Shown piece after piece: positions 32,348-41,828 of a DNA stretch of 64,000 nt. The DNA is taken from contig JBCCHT010000022.1 of the NCBI GenBank assembly GCA_039028615.1, positions 32,001 through 96,000 of the forward strand, given 5' to 3'. Made by a program: the position numbers and the translations under genes. The notes under the pieces are model-generated. The model worked only from the letters and a program-made list of their open reading frames with translations. It was not told the origin of the DNA and ran no database searches. The first letter of the stretch is position 1, and each line of letters starts with the position of its first letter. This stretch comes from Myxococcota bacterium. GTDB lineage: Bacteria > Myxococcota_A > Polyangia > Nannocystales > Nannocystaceae.

Positions 32348-32655
32348 GTGGGCAAGCCCCCCAGTCGATACGGCGCCGAGCGGCCCTCGGTGCCGTCCGA
32401 GCGAGACTGCGTGGCCACGACCTGCAGCCCCGCCGCCGCCGCGTCGACCTTGCCTCGCCCCAAGATCACGTCGGATGTGGTCGAGGTCCAGGTGGACTCG
32501 AACTGCGACAGCGCGTCGGCGTCTTTGGAGGTGTCGCCGTCGAGCGCGAAAACCAACAGGCGACCGCTGGCGGCCTCGCGTTGTACGGCCTTGAGGACGA
32601 GCACTTCGAAGTGGCCGTTGCGGGGCGGAGCACGGTGGATCTTCGGGTGGCTCAT
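32344..32655 (-). CDS. Small hypothetical protein (103 aa)
   Basis: ATG 32655 lies 4 nt after the upstream stop; its own stop overlaps the downstream GTG. Confidence 0.6.
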   Translation of the reverse strand: MSHPKIHRAPPRNGHFEVLVLKAVQREAASGRLLVFALDGDTSKDADALSQFESTWTSTTSDVILGRGKVDAAAAGLQVVATQSRSDGTEGRSAPYRLGGLPT

Positions 32656-32659
32656 GGCG

Positions 32660-34651
32660 TCAGGACGGCGGAGGAGCGGGGGGCGCGGCCGAGGCACTCT
32701 GGGCCGGGCCGCGCCAGCGGTTGATCTGGCCGATGATGTCGACGTCGATGGAAATGGACAGATAGGGCGCGGCCTTGAGCTCCCGCCGGTCGGACAGCGG
32801 GTTGGGCGACATCTGGGTGAAGTACATGGCTCCCGCCCCGAAGCGCAGGTAGTCGGTGGCTCGGATCCCGACACCGCTGAGCAACACCTGTTGGCGCAGG
32901 GCCCCGTCGATGTCGAACTCGTCGTCTTGGATGTCCGGGCGGATGAAGCTGACGCCGCCGACCACCGAGAACCGACGCAGGAAGTTGCGACCCGGACGCT
33001 GTACGACCTGCAGCGGCTCCTCTTTGTCGACCGCCGTGAAGTACAGGTTCAGCCCGAAGTACGCGACCAGCTCCGTCCGCGGGTCACGGTTGGCCACGGG
33101 AAGGATGCCGATGGCAATGCCCGCATCGCCGCTGGCGTAGAGCGGAAAGCGCTGCGCGTAGTTCGGATCGAAGGCAAAGTCGTTCTTCGCCGCCAAGGAC
33201 TCGACGGCGGTCATGCGATCGACCAGATCGGCCACGAACACGCTAGGCGCCCCGTCGGCCCTGGGGGCGAAGTTCTGCACGAACTTCGTGTTCAACGCAT
33301 CGACGTCTCGGGCCGCCGAGGCAGCCAGCTCTACGTTGACCGCGAGGGCGTCCAGCAGCTCGATCCCGGCCGCGTCACGATGGCCCAGGGCATTGCTCAG
33401 CGTCGCGAGCTCGGACCGGAAGGACTGCACGCCCTTGGCCGGATCGAGCGGATGGTTGTCGATGGCGTTGGCGATCGCGACCCGGTAGTCCTGGTCGATG
33501 GTGACGAAGGGCGGCGGATCATCGGGCAAGCGCAGGCGCTCGCCGGCTCCATCGCGTCGATGAAAGACACGATAGAGCACGCTCCCCGGATCGCTGGGCT
33601 TCTTTTTTCGCTGCTGCGCGTTCGCGTTCCACGGCGCGGTGGAGACGAAGTGCGCGTACACCTTGGTCGTGAACAAGACCCGAAGCAGCGCCCGCCGGTC
33701 GTCCCCGGCTTGGGTGATGAGCCTTTTGACCTCGTCGTTGCTCGCGAAGCTCAGCAGGTCGTCTCGGCTCAGCCCCGCCATCGGGTCGAACACGTACACG
33801 CCGTTCAGCGCGAGGATGCCCTGCTTCTGCGCCTCGAGTTCCTCGATGGCCCGGCGCCGCTCGGCGCCGACGGCCAGCCCCTCGCTGAGCTGGAGGAATA
33901 ACGGGCGGTTGGATCGCACCAGGACCTCGAAGGCCTCGGGCAACAGCAGCACCTCGGGCGTATCCGGGATGGCGACCCTCATCGTGGCCAGGCGCGGCGG
34001 CAGCAACGAGGCGAAGGTGTGGCGGATCTCGCAGACCTTGGTCTCCGCCGATTGCCCGGGCGGACACGTGGCCCCGTAGCCGTCCTTCAGCTGCCGCATG
34101 CGTGCGCCCTCGATCGCCTCGCGCAGCGCCTCGGAGACGTCGGCCTTTTCACGGGCATCGAGCGGGCGTGGCTCCGCGCCCGACAGATGAAAGCAGTACT
34201 TCACGCCATAGAGCAGCGGACCCAGCGAGGTCTCGTAGTTCTGCGTCTTGTCCGTGTTCGGGTTGCCGATCGGAGCAAACGAGCGGATGGTGGCCCGCCC
34301 GATCTGTTCGTCCGTGAGCGGCTTGTCGTGTTCGCCGGCCGGACACGTCTCGTTGCGACGCAGCGACCAGTACGACAACGTGAGGCGCGCGCCCGACCGG
34401 GCCCGCGTCTCCACCGTGACCACCCGGCTCGCGTGCTGGGGCAAGGGCCCGCTGAAGCGCCCCGTCTCTGCATCCAGGTACACCTTCGTCGAGGCCGCGG
34501 GCGCAGCCTCGGCCGAGCCGGGCACCGCCGCTCCAGCAGCCAGGGCCAACACGAAAGCGGCCCTTCGGACGTAGTTACGAGAACGCACCAACGATCTGCA
34601 GCGAGCGTATCGCAGGCGCCCAACACGAGACAACGCGCCTCCCTGGTCCAT
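32660..34651 (-). CDS. Exported hypothetical protein with helical core and C-terminal amphipathic beta-strands (start uncertain)
   Basis: Signal-like RRAAFVLALAAGAAVPGSAEA; C-terminal strands YFGLNLYF, FSVVGGVSF, GVGIR, FGAGAMYF, PYLSISIDV. Confidence 0.72.
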   Translation of the reverse strand: MDQGGALSRVGRLRYARCRSLVRSRNYVRRAAFVLALAAGAAVPGSAEAAPAASTKVYLDAETGRFSGPLPQHASRVVTVETRARSGARLTLSYWSLRRNETCPAGEHDKPLTDEQIGRATIRSFAPIGNPNTDKTQNYETSLGPLLYGVKYCFHLSGAEPRPLDAREKADVSEALREAIEGARMRQLKDGYGATCPPGQSAETKVCEIRHTFASLLPPRLATMRVAIPDTPEVLLLPEAFEVLVRSNRPLFLQLSEGLAVGAERRRAIEELEAQKQGILALNGVYVFDPMAGLSRDDLLSFASNDEVKRLITQAGDDRRALLRVLFTTKVYAHFVSTAPWNANAQQRKKKPSDPGSVLYRVFHRRDGAGERLRLPDDPPPFVTIDQDYRVAIANAIDNHPLDPAKGVQSFRSELATLSNALGHRDAAGIELLDALAVNVELAASAARDVDALNTKFVQNFAPRADGAPSVFVADLVDRMTAVESLAAKNDFAFDPNYAQRFPLYASGDAGIAIGILPVANRDPRTELVAYFGLNLYFTAVDKEEPLQVVQRPGRNFLRRFSVVGGVSFIRPDIQDDEFDIDGALRQQVLLSGVGIRATDYLRFGAGAMYFTQMSPNPLSDRRELKAAPYLSISIDVDIIGQINRWRGPAQSASAAPPAPPPS

Positions 34652-34684
34652 TAAGGCCGCTCTGTTACCCTCTGCGCCTCGATC

Positions 34685-35191
34685 ATGACCGACCCCCGTC
34701 TCGACCTCGTTTCTCAGCTCGCTCCCGTCCTCGATGTGGTCGCCCGTGCACCCCTGGCCGACTGCCACGATCAGGAAGCGGCCGCCCGGCTTCGCAGCCA
34801 ACTCGAGGCCGCCCTACCCACGGCCGGACCCGTCGCCACCGAGATCGGGGCCACCCTGCGTCGGGGCCTGGAGCAGGGATGGTTATGTGACCGCGGGGAA
34901 CCGAAGGCCCGCTTCAGCCGTGTAGCCAAGGCGAGCGAGGACACCCACGACCTCTCCATCGACATCGTCGCCCTCGACGGCCCCGCCCTGCGGCACGGGC
35001 ATCCCCGAGGCGAGATCACTCTCGGTTTTCCCATCGATCCCACCGCCACCGATTCCCGCTTCGACGGCCACGAGGCGGGCTGGGTCGTCATGCCGGTTGC
35101 ATCGGTGCATACCCCTACAGTCACCGGCTCCCCCATGCTGCTGCTGTATTTTCTGCCGGAAGGCGCAATGGACTGGAGCCCAGCCGCCTGA
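34685..35191 (+). CDS. DUF4863 / hydroxylaminobenzoate lyase (PnbB)-like protein
   Basis: GWLC.RG...RFSRV.K, HGHPRGEI, RFDG...GWVV, H.PTVTG...LYFLPEGA motifs. Confidence 0.8.
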   Translation: MTDPRLDLVSQLAPVLDVVARAPLADCHDQEAAARLRSQLEAALPTAGPVATEIGATLRRGLEQGWLCDRGEPKARFSRVAKASEDTHDLSIDIVALDGPALRHGHPRGEITLGFPIDPTATDSRFDGHEAGWVVMPVASVHTPTVTGSPMLLLYFLPEGAMDWSPAA

Positions 35192-35381
35192 ACCCGAAGC
35201 CGCGTTCTATGCGCGGTTTCTATGTCCCACGTTCCCTGAAAGCCCCCGGAGGACGGAAGCGTTCCGGGGTCGAACCCCGCGGACACCGGGGTAGGTAGGC
35301 TTCGCGGCCACATCTGCGAGCCCTTTTTCCCCGCGTCCCATCTTGTTACCTTTCCGCTCGACTCTAAGGAGCACGAACTCA

Positions 35382-36113
35382 GTGAAGCTCGCCCGAAACG
35401 TTGTCGCCCCTGCGATCCTCCTTGGCCTCTGCGTCGGTTTTGCCGGCGGCTGCGGCCCCAAGAAACCTCCCGGCACCAACCCTCCCGGAGAGCCTGGCGC
35501 CGAAACCGGCGGTGACGACGGTGGAGCGAGCTCCGATGGCGGAGCGGCCACCGACGGCGGAGAGACCACCGACGGCGGCGGCGCTGCCGAAGGCGGTGCG
35601 CCCACCGACGGCGGTGCCTCAGGTCCGCCCACGTGCGAGGCCAAGGTCGCCGACACCCCCACCCTCTTGTTCAACGACAAGGTCATCTTCCGTCCCCCGC
35701 CGGGGGTCGAATTCGCTCTCGACGGCAACCCGACCTTCGTCCAGGCGGCCATGAGCGGCGGCTTCGTCACCACGTGTGACGCCACCGTCAAGCGCGTGCT
35801 CATCTGGGTGTTCGGCGTCGACAAGAAGAAGAACCAAGCCAAGGTCGTCGACGAGATGATCGAGTCGCTCGAGCCCCAGGGCTACAAGGGCGGCAAGAAG
35901 TCCGCTCCGTTGCTCGACAACGCGACCGACTACCACGTCACCGTCGACTACGGCGGCGGCGGCGGCGGCGAGGCCGTCACGCTCTACGTGGCCGTGGCCC
36001 GCCGTGGCGACACCGACTTCGTCATCATCTACGAAGCCGCGCCCGCCGACGCCAAGGGCCTTCAGCCGACCTTCATGGAGTCGGCCAAGAGCCTCTTCAT
36101 CGTTCCCGACTGA
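35382..36113 (+). CDS. Hypothetical lipoprotein with Gly/Asp/Thr linker
   Basis: AAGGAG RBS then GTG at 35382; lipobox AGGC; DGG repeats. Confidence 0.8.
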   Translation: MKLARNVVAPAILLGLCVGFAGGCGPKKPPGTNPPGEPGAETGGDDGGASSDGGAATDGGETTDGGGAAEGGAPTDGGASGPPTCEAKVADTPTLLFNDKVIFRPPPGVEFALDGNPTFVQAAMSGGFVTTCDATVKRVLIWVFGVDKKKNQAKVVDEMIESLEPQGYKGGKKSAPLLDNATDYHVTVDYGGGGGGEAVTLYVAVARRGDTDFVIIYEAAPADAKGLQPTFMESAKSLFIVPD

Positions 36114-36136
36114 GCCGACGGCCCAGCCTGCAACGA

Positions 36137-36168
36137 ACACGGCGCAGCCCCTCGGGACTGCGCCGTGT
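36137..36168. terminator. Hairpin between convergent genes
   Basis: ACACGGCGCAG ... CTGCGCCGTGT, 11-bp stem. Confidence 0.5.
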
Positions 36169-36193
36169 CTCGTTTCGAAGGCCGGCGCGCGGG

Positions 36194-37072
36194 CTAAAAG
36201 CGCAGCGTCAGCGTGGCCCCGCCGTAGTTCAGGCCCGCGGTGGGCGTGACCTCCAGACGTCGCGCCTTGACGTGCTTGGCGATGCCCACCGCGGTGAACG
36301 CCGCTCCCATGAGCGCGATGGGGATCGAGACCGAGAACGTGGCGATGGCCCCGATCTGGCGGCGCTTGGCCGCCGCCACCCGGTCGGTCTGCTCGACGCG
36401 GTAGGTGGCACGGCCGGCCTCGTCCAGCGCGTTGTTGCGGGCGACCCACAGCGGCGTGCCCACGGCGAAGACCCCCACCACGCCGACCGAGAGCAAGGAG
36501 ATGCCACCTCGCGTCCACTGGCGGGCCTGTTTGCGCGCGGCCACGACCTCGGGATCGACCGGCGGCACGTTGGGTGGCGGCGCGGCGGCGGTGGGCGTGA
36601 CCGGAACGACGGGGGTCGGCGTCGGCGCGATGACCTGCAACCGCCGCAGCTCCGTGTTGATGAGCGCCTGCTGCTGCTGCACCTTGTGGCGCTGCTTCAT
36701 CGCCTCCGCCGAGTAGCCGTAGACCGCCGCGTGATCGACCTGCCACTGTGCGAGCAGTTCGTTGGCCGCCACGAGGTCTTTGGGGTCGTGGGTCTGGTTG
36801 TATTGCGAGACCAGCCGCTGCGCTTGCTGAAAGAGCGTATCGAGCTGGACCACCCGCATGTCGACCGGCACCGTGACCGTTGCGGGGGTGGTGGCCGTCG
36901 TGGGCGCGGGCTGAGCTGCGGGCTGAGCCGCGGGTGCGGTCGTGGTCGTGGTCTGAGCTGCGGGTGCCGGTTGGGGCGCGGGCTGAGCCGCGGGCGCGGG
37001 CTGAGCCGCCACCGAGGTCGCCGGGGCCAGCAACGAGACCGCCGTGAGGAGCGAGTACACGGTGCGTCTCAT
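36194..37072 (-). CDS. Exported Pro/Ala/Gln/Thr-rich protein with two hydrophobic helices and C-terminal Phe
   Basis: ATG 37072 overlaps the upstream stop; signal peptide; AQPAP repeats; C-terminus GGATLTLRF. Confidence 0.78.
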   Translation of the reverse strand: MRRTVYSLLTAVSLLAPATSVAAQPAPAAQPAPQPAPAAQTTTTTAPAAQPAAQPAPTTATTPATVTVPVDMRVVQLDTLFQQAQRLVSQYNQTHDPKDLVAANELLAQWQVDHAAVYGYSAEAMKQRHKVQQQQALINTELRRLQVIAPTPTPVVPVTPTAAAPPPNVPPVDPEVVAARKQARQWTRGGISLLSVGVVGVFAVGTPLWVARNNALDEAGRATYRVEQTDRVAAAKRRQIGAIATFSVSIPIALMGAAFTAVGIAKHVKARRLEVTPTAGLNYGGATLTLRF

Positions 37073-37443
37073 TGCCACCGCTCCACGTCGATGGTCAGCG
37101 ACTCGACGAGCTCTCCGTCGACCTCGATGAGCAGCTGGGTCGTGCCCTCGCTGGTCCCGCTGACCACCCAGGCATCCGCCAGAATCGAGGGGCGCACGAT
37201 GGCCACCGCGGACTCGGCCGCCCGCAGCTCCACCTGCTCCAGGCCCTCGTAGGGGCGCTCGTCGGAGGCCGCGCGAGCGTGAGCCTCGAACACCATCACC
37301 TCGCCCTCGCCCACGATGATCCCGGTGCGATCCACTACCGAGCGCTCCTGGCCGTGGATCTTGAACAACGACACGTGGCCATACTCGGGGGCGCACGAAG
37401 AGCCCAGGCCGACGAGGGCCAGCACGGCGAGGACCTTCTTCAT
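37069..37443 (-). CDS. Small beta-rich (Ig-like) lipoprotein
   Basis: MKKVLAVLALVGLGSSC lipobox; 4-nt overlaps with both neighbours. Confidence 0.8.
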   Translation of the reverse strand: MKKVLAVLALVGLGSSCAPEYGHVSLFKIHGQERSVVDRTGIIVGEGEVMVFEAHARAASDERPYEGLEQVELRAAESAVAIVRPSILADAWVVSGTSEGTTQLLIEVDGELVESLTIDVERWQ

Positions 37444-38357
37444 CGGTCACCTCCCGTCGAGCTTCCGCCTTCGGTGTCGCCACCCTCGCTCGTGCCCGTG
37501 TCGCTGCCCGTATCCGTGCCCGAGTCCCCGGTCCCGTCGGTGTCCATGCCGGTCGAGTCCCCCTCGGTGTCCGGGTCCATCGAACCGGGGCGTGGCCGTC
37601 GGGGCCCCTCGTCGGCCGTGCGGTAGTGAAAGGCGCGAACGATGCCGCCACCCGAGACGGTGAGTTCGAACTCGGTGGGTCGCTTGATGAACAGGTCGAT
37701 CTCGTTGCCGTCGTCGTCCTCGATGACCACGTTGGCCGACGGACGTACGGTCCACTCGTAGTCGATGTCGCCGATGAGCGGCTCCCCGCGGCTGTTGATC
37801 GGCTCCACCCGCAGGCGGGAGGTGAACCCGGGCTGGAACGCGAGGGAGTCGTACGTGGTGCCCGTGGTGTCACAACCTTCGGTATCGCCGTCGCACTCGG
37901 CAAAGGGGTCGGCGGCGGCGAGGCGAAGCTCCAGGTCGGCCACCTCGTGCTGCTCGATGGTGGTGAAGTCGACGACCGCCCCGTTCAATGCCAGCGCGAT
38001 GAGGGTGACCTCGCCCTCGTGCTCCGCCCTCAACCGACCATTGGAAACCGGGGTCGCGCGAGCGGGGCTGGCGATGTCCACCCAGCCCGCGTCCACTTCG
38101 TCCGGCACGCGATTGGCCAGCCGAAACGAGGGCCGATAGGTGGATCCGACCGCCACCCGTGAGGGGAACCGGTCGCCCGCCTCGCACGCGAGGTCACCGT
38201 CACTCACACAAGACCAGCTAAAAAACGCGAGCCCCAAGTCCCCCGACGAATGCTGGGGGCCATTGCCGTCCCCGTCGTCGGTGCACGCCGTCAGCGAGCA
38301 TGCCAAAAGCCCTGCCGTACAGATCTTCTTCCAACCGTATCGAAGCACCATCACCAA
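37440..38357 (-). CDS. Hypothetical beta-rich lipoprotein with acidic tail
   Basis: Lipobox LTAC; D/T/G-rich C-terminal tail; coupled to the downstream gene. Confidence 0.75.
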   Translation of the reverse strand: MVMVLRYGWKKICTAGLLACSLTACTDDGDGNGPQHSSGDLGLAFFSWSCVSDGDLACEAGDRFPSRVAVGSTYRPSFRLANRVPDEVDAGWVDIASPARATPVSNGRLRAEHEGEVTLIALALNGAVVDFTTIEQHEVADLELRLAAADPFAECDGDTEGCDTTGTTYDSLAFQPGFTSRLRVEPINSRGEPLIGDIDYEWTVRPSANVVIEDDDGNEIDLFIKRPTEFELTVSGGGIVRAFHYRTADEGPRRPRPGSMDPDTEGDSTGMDTDGTGDSGTDTGSDTGTSEGGDTEGGSSTGGDR

Positions 38358-38578
38358 CTCGTCCGGGCCTCACCATCGTACCCGAGCATCCTCCCAACCA
38401 ACTACCGGAGGATCGAAGTGTTGGTCGCACGGGCCCCCGCTTTGGATCCATGCTGGGCCGATCTTTTTCGCCCGCCGCTTCGAGTGCCCCATCCGCGGAC
38501 GCATCGTGATTGCACTACGCGGCGCGGACCCACTTCGTCGTACCTCCACGCTTCGGGGGCACCACCATGATCCCAATG

Positions 38579-39232
38579 TCAGGGCTTCGGCGGATCGAAG
38601 CCCGGCACGAGCTTGCGGAGCGCTCGCATGTGCTCGGCCAAGGACGTATCGGTCGTCTCGGCCATGCCCATCGTTCGCGACAACCGATGCACGGCGGTGC
38701 CGAGCCGCTGCCGGGCCCGACGGATCCGGGTCGCCACCGTGCCCGCGGGAATCTGGAACACCTCGGCAATCTCGCGGGCGGTGAGTTCCTCGTAGTCCTT
38801 CAGCTCGAGGATGAGCTGCTCGTCGAGCGGCAAGCGACGCAGCGCCTCGACCACCACCGACCCCCGCTCGCGCGCCTGCCACTGCGAGCTCAGCGAACGC
38901 GCCTCGGGGGCCACGCACAGCTCGTCGTCGAAGGGCATCGCCGCCCGCTGCGGGCTGCGGTCGCGACGAAAGTGCGCGACCAGCTTCCAGCGTGCAATGC
39001 CCAACAAGTAGGCGCGCACGGACTCGACCTCGCGGAACTTGGAACCGCGTTCGCACAGGGTCTCGAACACGGACTGTGTCAGGTCGCCGCTGGTGTCCGG
39101 ATCGACGCGCGTGTGGAAGAACGTGAACAAGGGTCGATAGTGCCGTTGCACCAACGCCGCCCCGGCGTCACGATCGCCATCCAGCCACGAGGCCAGTAGG
39201 GTTCGATCGTCGACGTTCGGTTGCCGATCCAC
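38579..39232 (-). CDS. ECF-type RNA polymerase sigma factor
   Basis: Region 2 (GDRDAGAALVQRHY, DLTQSVF, AYLLGIARW) and region 4 (ALRRLP, EELTAREIAE, IPAGTVATRIRRAR). Confidence 0.92.
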   Translation of the reverse strand: MDRQPNVDDRTLLASWLDGDRDAGAALVQRHYRPLFTFFHTRVDPDTSGDLTQSVFETLCERGSKFREVESVRAYLLGIARWKLVAHFRRDRSPQRAAMPFDDELCVAPEARSLSSQWQARERGSVVVEALRRLPLDEQLILELKDYEELTAREIAEVFQIPAGTVATRIRRARQRLGTAVHRLSRTMGMAETTDTSLAEHMRALRKLVPGFDPPKP

Positions 39233-39248
39233 GAATCACCAGCCTAGC

Positions 39249-41765
39249 ATGCCAAGCTGCGTGCGAGAGCCTGTCCTACCGCCGCGGCCGGAGCCCGATC
39301 CGCACCTGATGTCCGCGCTCGAGCGAGGCCTGGTCGATCGCGTGCGCGACGGCGGCCTCGCCACCCAACGCGAAGTCCCGCTCGACATCGACGGATACGT
39401 CTTCCACTCCCGGCTGAGCGTCGGCGGCATGGGCGAGGTCTGGCGGGGCCACGCCCCCGACGGCACCCCCGTCGCGATCAAGCGCCTCAAGCGATCGCTG
39501 GCCGAGGACGCGGAGAGCCGACGTCGGTTCGTTCGCGAGGGTCGAGCCATCGCCTCCCTCACCCACCCCAACATCGTCGACGTTCGGAAGGTCGGCTTCA
39601 CGGCAGACGACCATCCCTACATCGTGATGGAGCTGCTGCCGGGCCCTTCGCTCCGCGATCACCTGCGGGCCCAGCCCCAGCTGCCGTGGGCCGAAGCGCG
39701 CACGGTGCTCGGTGAGATCGCGGCCGGGGTCGAGCGAGCGCATAGCCGGGCCATCGTGCACCGCGACATCAAGCCGGCCAACGTGGTGCGAAGTGCCCGT
39801 GGCTCGTGGACGGTGATCGACTTCGGCCTCGCGCGGCGTCACGGTCTCGACGACGACTCCACCCAGCTCACCGCTCAGGGGCAAGTGCTCGGCACGCCCG
39901 GCTACATGAGCCCGGAGGCCCTGCGAGGCATGGAGGCGGATCCGCGGGCAGACATCTACTCCTTGGGCTGCGTCGCGTACGAGCTGCTCGAAGGTCACCG
40001 ACCCTTCGAAGGGGATGGCTTCGCCGAGCTGTTGTTGCAGCACCTCACCCAGCCCATGCCGCCTCCGCGGCTCGAGACCGTCCCCGTCGAGCTGCGGGCG
40101 CAGGTCGAAGCCTGGCTGCGACGCACGCTGAGCAAGACGCCCGAGCACCGCTTCGAGTCGATGCGAGCGATGACCGATGCCCTGGCTGCCATCGAAGTCG
40201 GCGCCGAACCGGTGAGCATCATCGACGACAGCGATTGGCCCGTCGGTCAGCGCGGCTCCACCCTGCGCGGGCTCGAAGGTGATGGCGCGGTATCCCGTCC
40301 GAGCTCGCCCGCGCGCACGGTGGGCTGGACTCTCGCCGCCGCGGGTTGTGGCGCACTGGTGGTGGCCTTGCTCCGTCCCGGAGAGTCCCCGGCCCCCGGC
40401 GACAACCCGCGACCGCCGACCCGCTCCGAGCCCGCCCGGTCCACACCGCCCGCGGAGCCCCGACGCATCGTCGACGTTGCGGCCGGTGTGGCTGTGTCCT
40501 GTGGCTTGAGCGAGACCGGCCGAGTGCGCTGCTGGGGAGCCGACAGCGGCGGCCGGCTGGGCCGAGGCGGTCGGGGCTCGCATACCGGCGACAACGAGCA
40601 TCCCGTCGAGACTCCGTTTCTTCCCCTGCCTCCCGAACGCCGCCCGGTCGCGCTCACCAGCGGGTCCGATTCTCGCCACGTGTGCGTCCGCTGGGACGAT
40701 GGCAAGGCCCGCTGCTGGGGCAACAACAAGGGCGGCCAGCTCGGCATGGACCTGGACGAGATCTGGGGAGACGAAGCGGGAGAGACGATCGATGCCCTCC
40801 CCGACCTGCCCCTCGACGACATCGTCGCCCTCGCCACGGGCGGACGCACGACCTGTGCGCTGGTGGGCTCGGGCCAGGCGTTTTGCTTCGGAGACGGACG
40901 GCACGGTGAGCGCGGCGACGGCAACCCGTCGGCTCTCGACACAGGCGAACGCGGCTCACCACGTCCGGTCGCGGTGGGCGAACGTACCGTCGAACAGCTC
41001 AGCCTCGGGCGCGCCCACGGCTGCGCGCGGCTGGACGACGGCACCGCTCGGTGCTGGGGCGACAACAGCCACGGGCAGCTCGGCGTGCCGGGCTGGACCG
41101 CCAACATCGGCGACGGCCTCGGCGATGGCCACGGCAAGGGGCAACGACCCGACGATCCATCGCTGCGGGTGGCGGGCCTCGACGACGTCGGCGTGCGGTC
41201 GATCCACGCGGGCGCCGATCGGACCTGTGTCGTCACCCTCGCCCAGGGCGTGCGCTGCTGGGGAAAAGACGAGGACGGTACCCTGGGCTACCCGCCCGAT
41301 CCCGAGCTCCGCTGCGGCCCCGGCTCCACCGAGGGTCATTGCGATCTCGATGCCCCACCGCCCTACGACCTCGACCTCGGCGGCGCCCGCATCGTGAACC
41401 TCGGCCTGGGCCCCGCGCACAGCTGCGCCCTGGATGACGAAGGCGCGGTGCGTTGCTGGGGCGCCACCACGTGGGGACGCGTGGGCAACGGCGACACCCC
41501 GGGTCCCAGCGCCCCCGCCCTTCCCTCGTCTCGCACGGTGGACCTGGGCGACTTCGACGGCGACGGCCAACCCGACCCCGCGGTGAGCGTCGTCCTCGGA
41601 GACATGCACGCGTGCGCCCGCATGCAGCGCGGCGGCGTGCGGTGCTGGGGCTTGGGCACCCATGGGCGGCTCGGCTACGTCAGCACCGACAACGTGGGCG
41701 ACGACGAGACGCCCGCGCAGTACTACGCCGCGCAGGGCTACGCCGCCGCCTACGTGTTCGAATAG
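39249..41765 (+). CDS. Membrane Ser/Thr kinase with C-terminal RCC1-like repeat domain (start may be 39309)
   Basis: GGMGEV, VAIK, HRDIKPAN, DFG, GTPGYMSPE; TM helix; about seven H.C......G..RCWG....G.LG repeats. Confidence 0.92.
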   Translation: MPSCVREPVLPPRPEPDPHLMSALERGLVDRVRDGGLATQREVPLDIDGYVFHSRLSVGGMGEVWRGHAPDGTPVAIKRLKRSLAEDAESRRRFVREGRAIASLTHPNIVDVRKVGFTADDHPYIVMELLPGPSLRDHLRAQPQLPWAEARTVLGEIAAGVERAHSRAIVHRDIKPANVVRSARGSWTVIDFGLARRHGLDDDSTQLTAQGQVLGTPGYMSPEALRGMEADPRADIYSLGCVAYELLEGHRPFEGDGFAELLLQHLTQPMPPPRLETVPVELRAQVEAWLRRTLSKTPEHRFESMRAMTDALAAIEVGAEPVSIIDDSDWPVGQRGSTLRGLEGDGAVSRPSSPARTVGWTLAAAGCGALVVALLRPGESPAPGDNPRPPTRSEPARSTPPAEPRRIVDVAAGVAVSCGLSETGRVRCWGADSGGRLGRGGRGSHTGDNEHPVETPFLPLPPERRPVALTSGSDSRHVCVRWDDGKARCWGNNKGGQLGMDLDEIWGDEAGETIDALPDLPLDDIVALATGGRTTCALVGSGQAFCFGDGRHGERGDGNPSALDTGERGSPRPVAVGERTVEQLSLGRAHGCARLDDGTARCWGDNSHGQLGVPGWTANIGDGLGDGHGKGQRPDDPSLRVAGLDDVGVRSIHAGADRTCVVTLAQGVRCWGKDEDGTLGYPPDPELRCGPGSTEGHCDLDAPPPYDLDLGGARIVNLGLGPAHSCALDDEGAVRCWGATTWGRVGNGDTPGPSAPALPSSRTVDLGDFDGDGQPDPAVSVVLGDMHACARMQRGGVRCWGLGTHGRLGYVSTDNVGDDETPAQYYAAQGYAAAYVFE

Positions 41766-41769
41766 CAAA

Positions 41770-41803
41770 GACGCGACCGAGGCCCGTGGCGCTCGGTCGC
41801 GTC
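41770..41803. terminator. Hairpin between convergent genes
   Basis: GACGCGACCGAG ... CTCGGTCGCGTC, 12-bp perfect stem. Confidence 0.55.
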
Positions 41804-41828
41804 GTTCATCGCCCGTGGGCGACCAGGG

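Noticed and set aside
36900..37010. Nucleotide repeats such as GCGGGCTGAGC
   Set aside because: Explained by the AQPAP/AAQPA coding repeats of the 36194-37072 protein linker.
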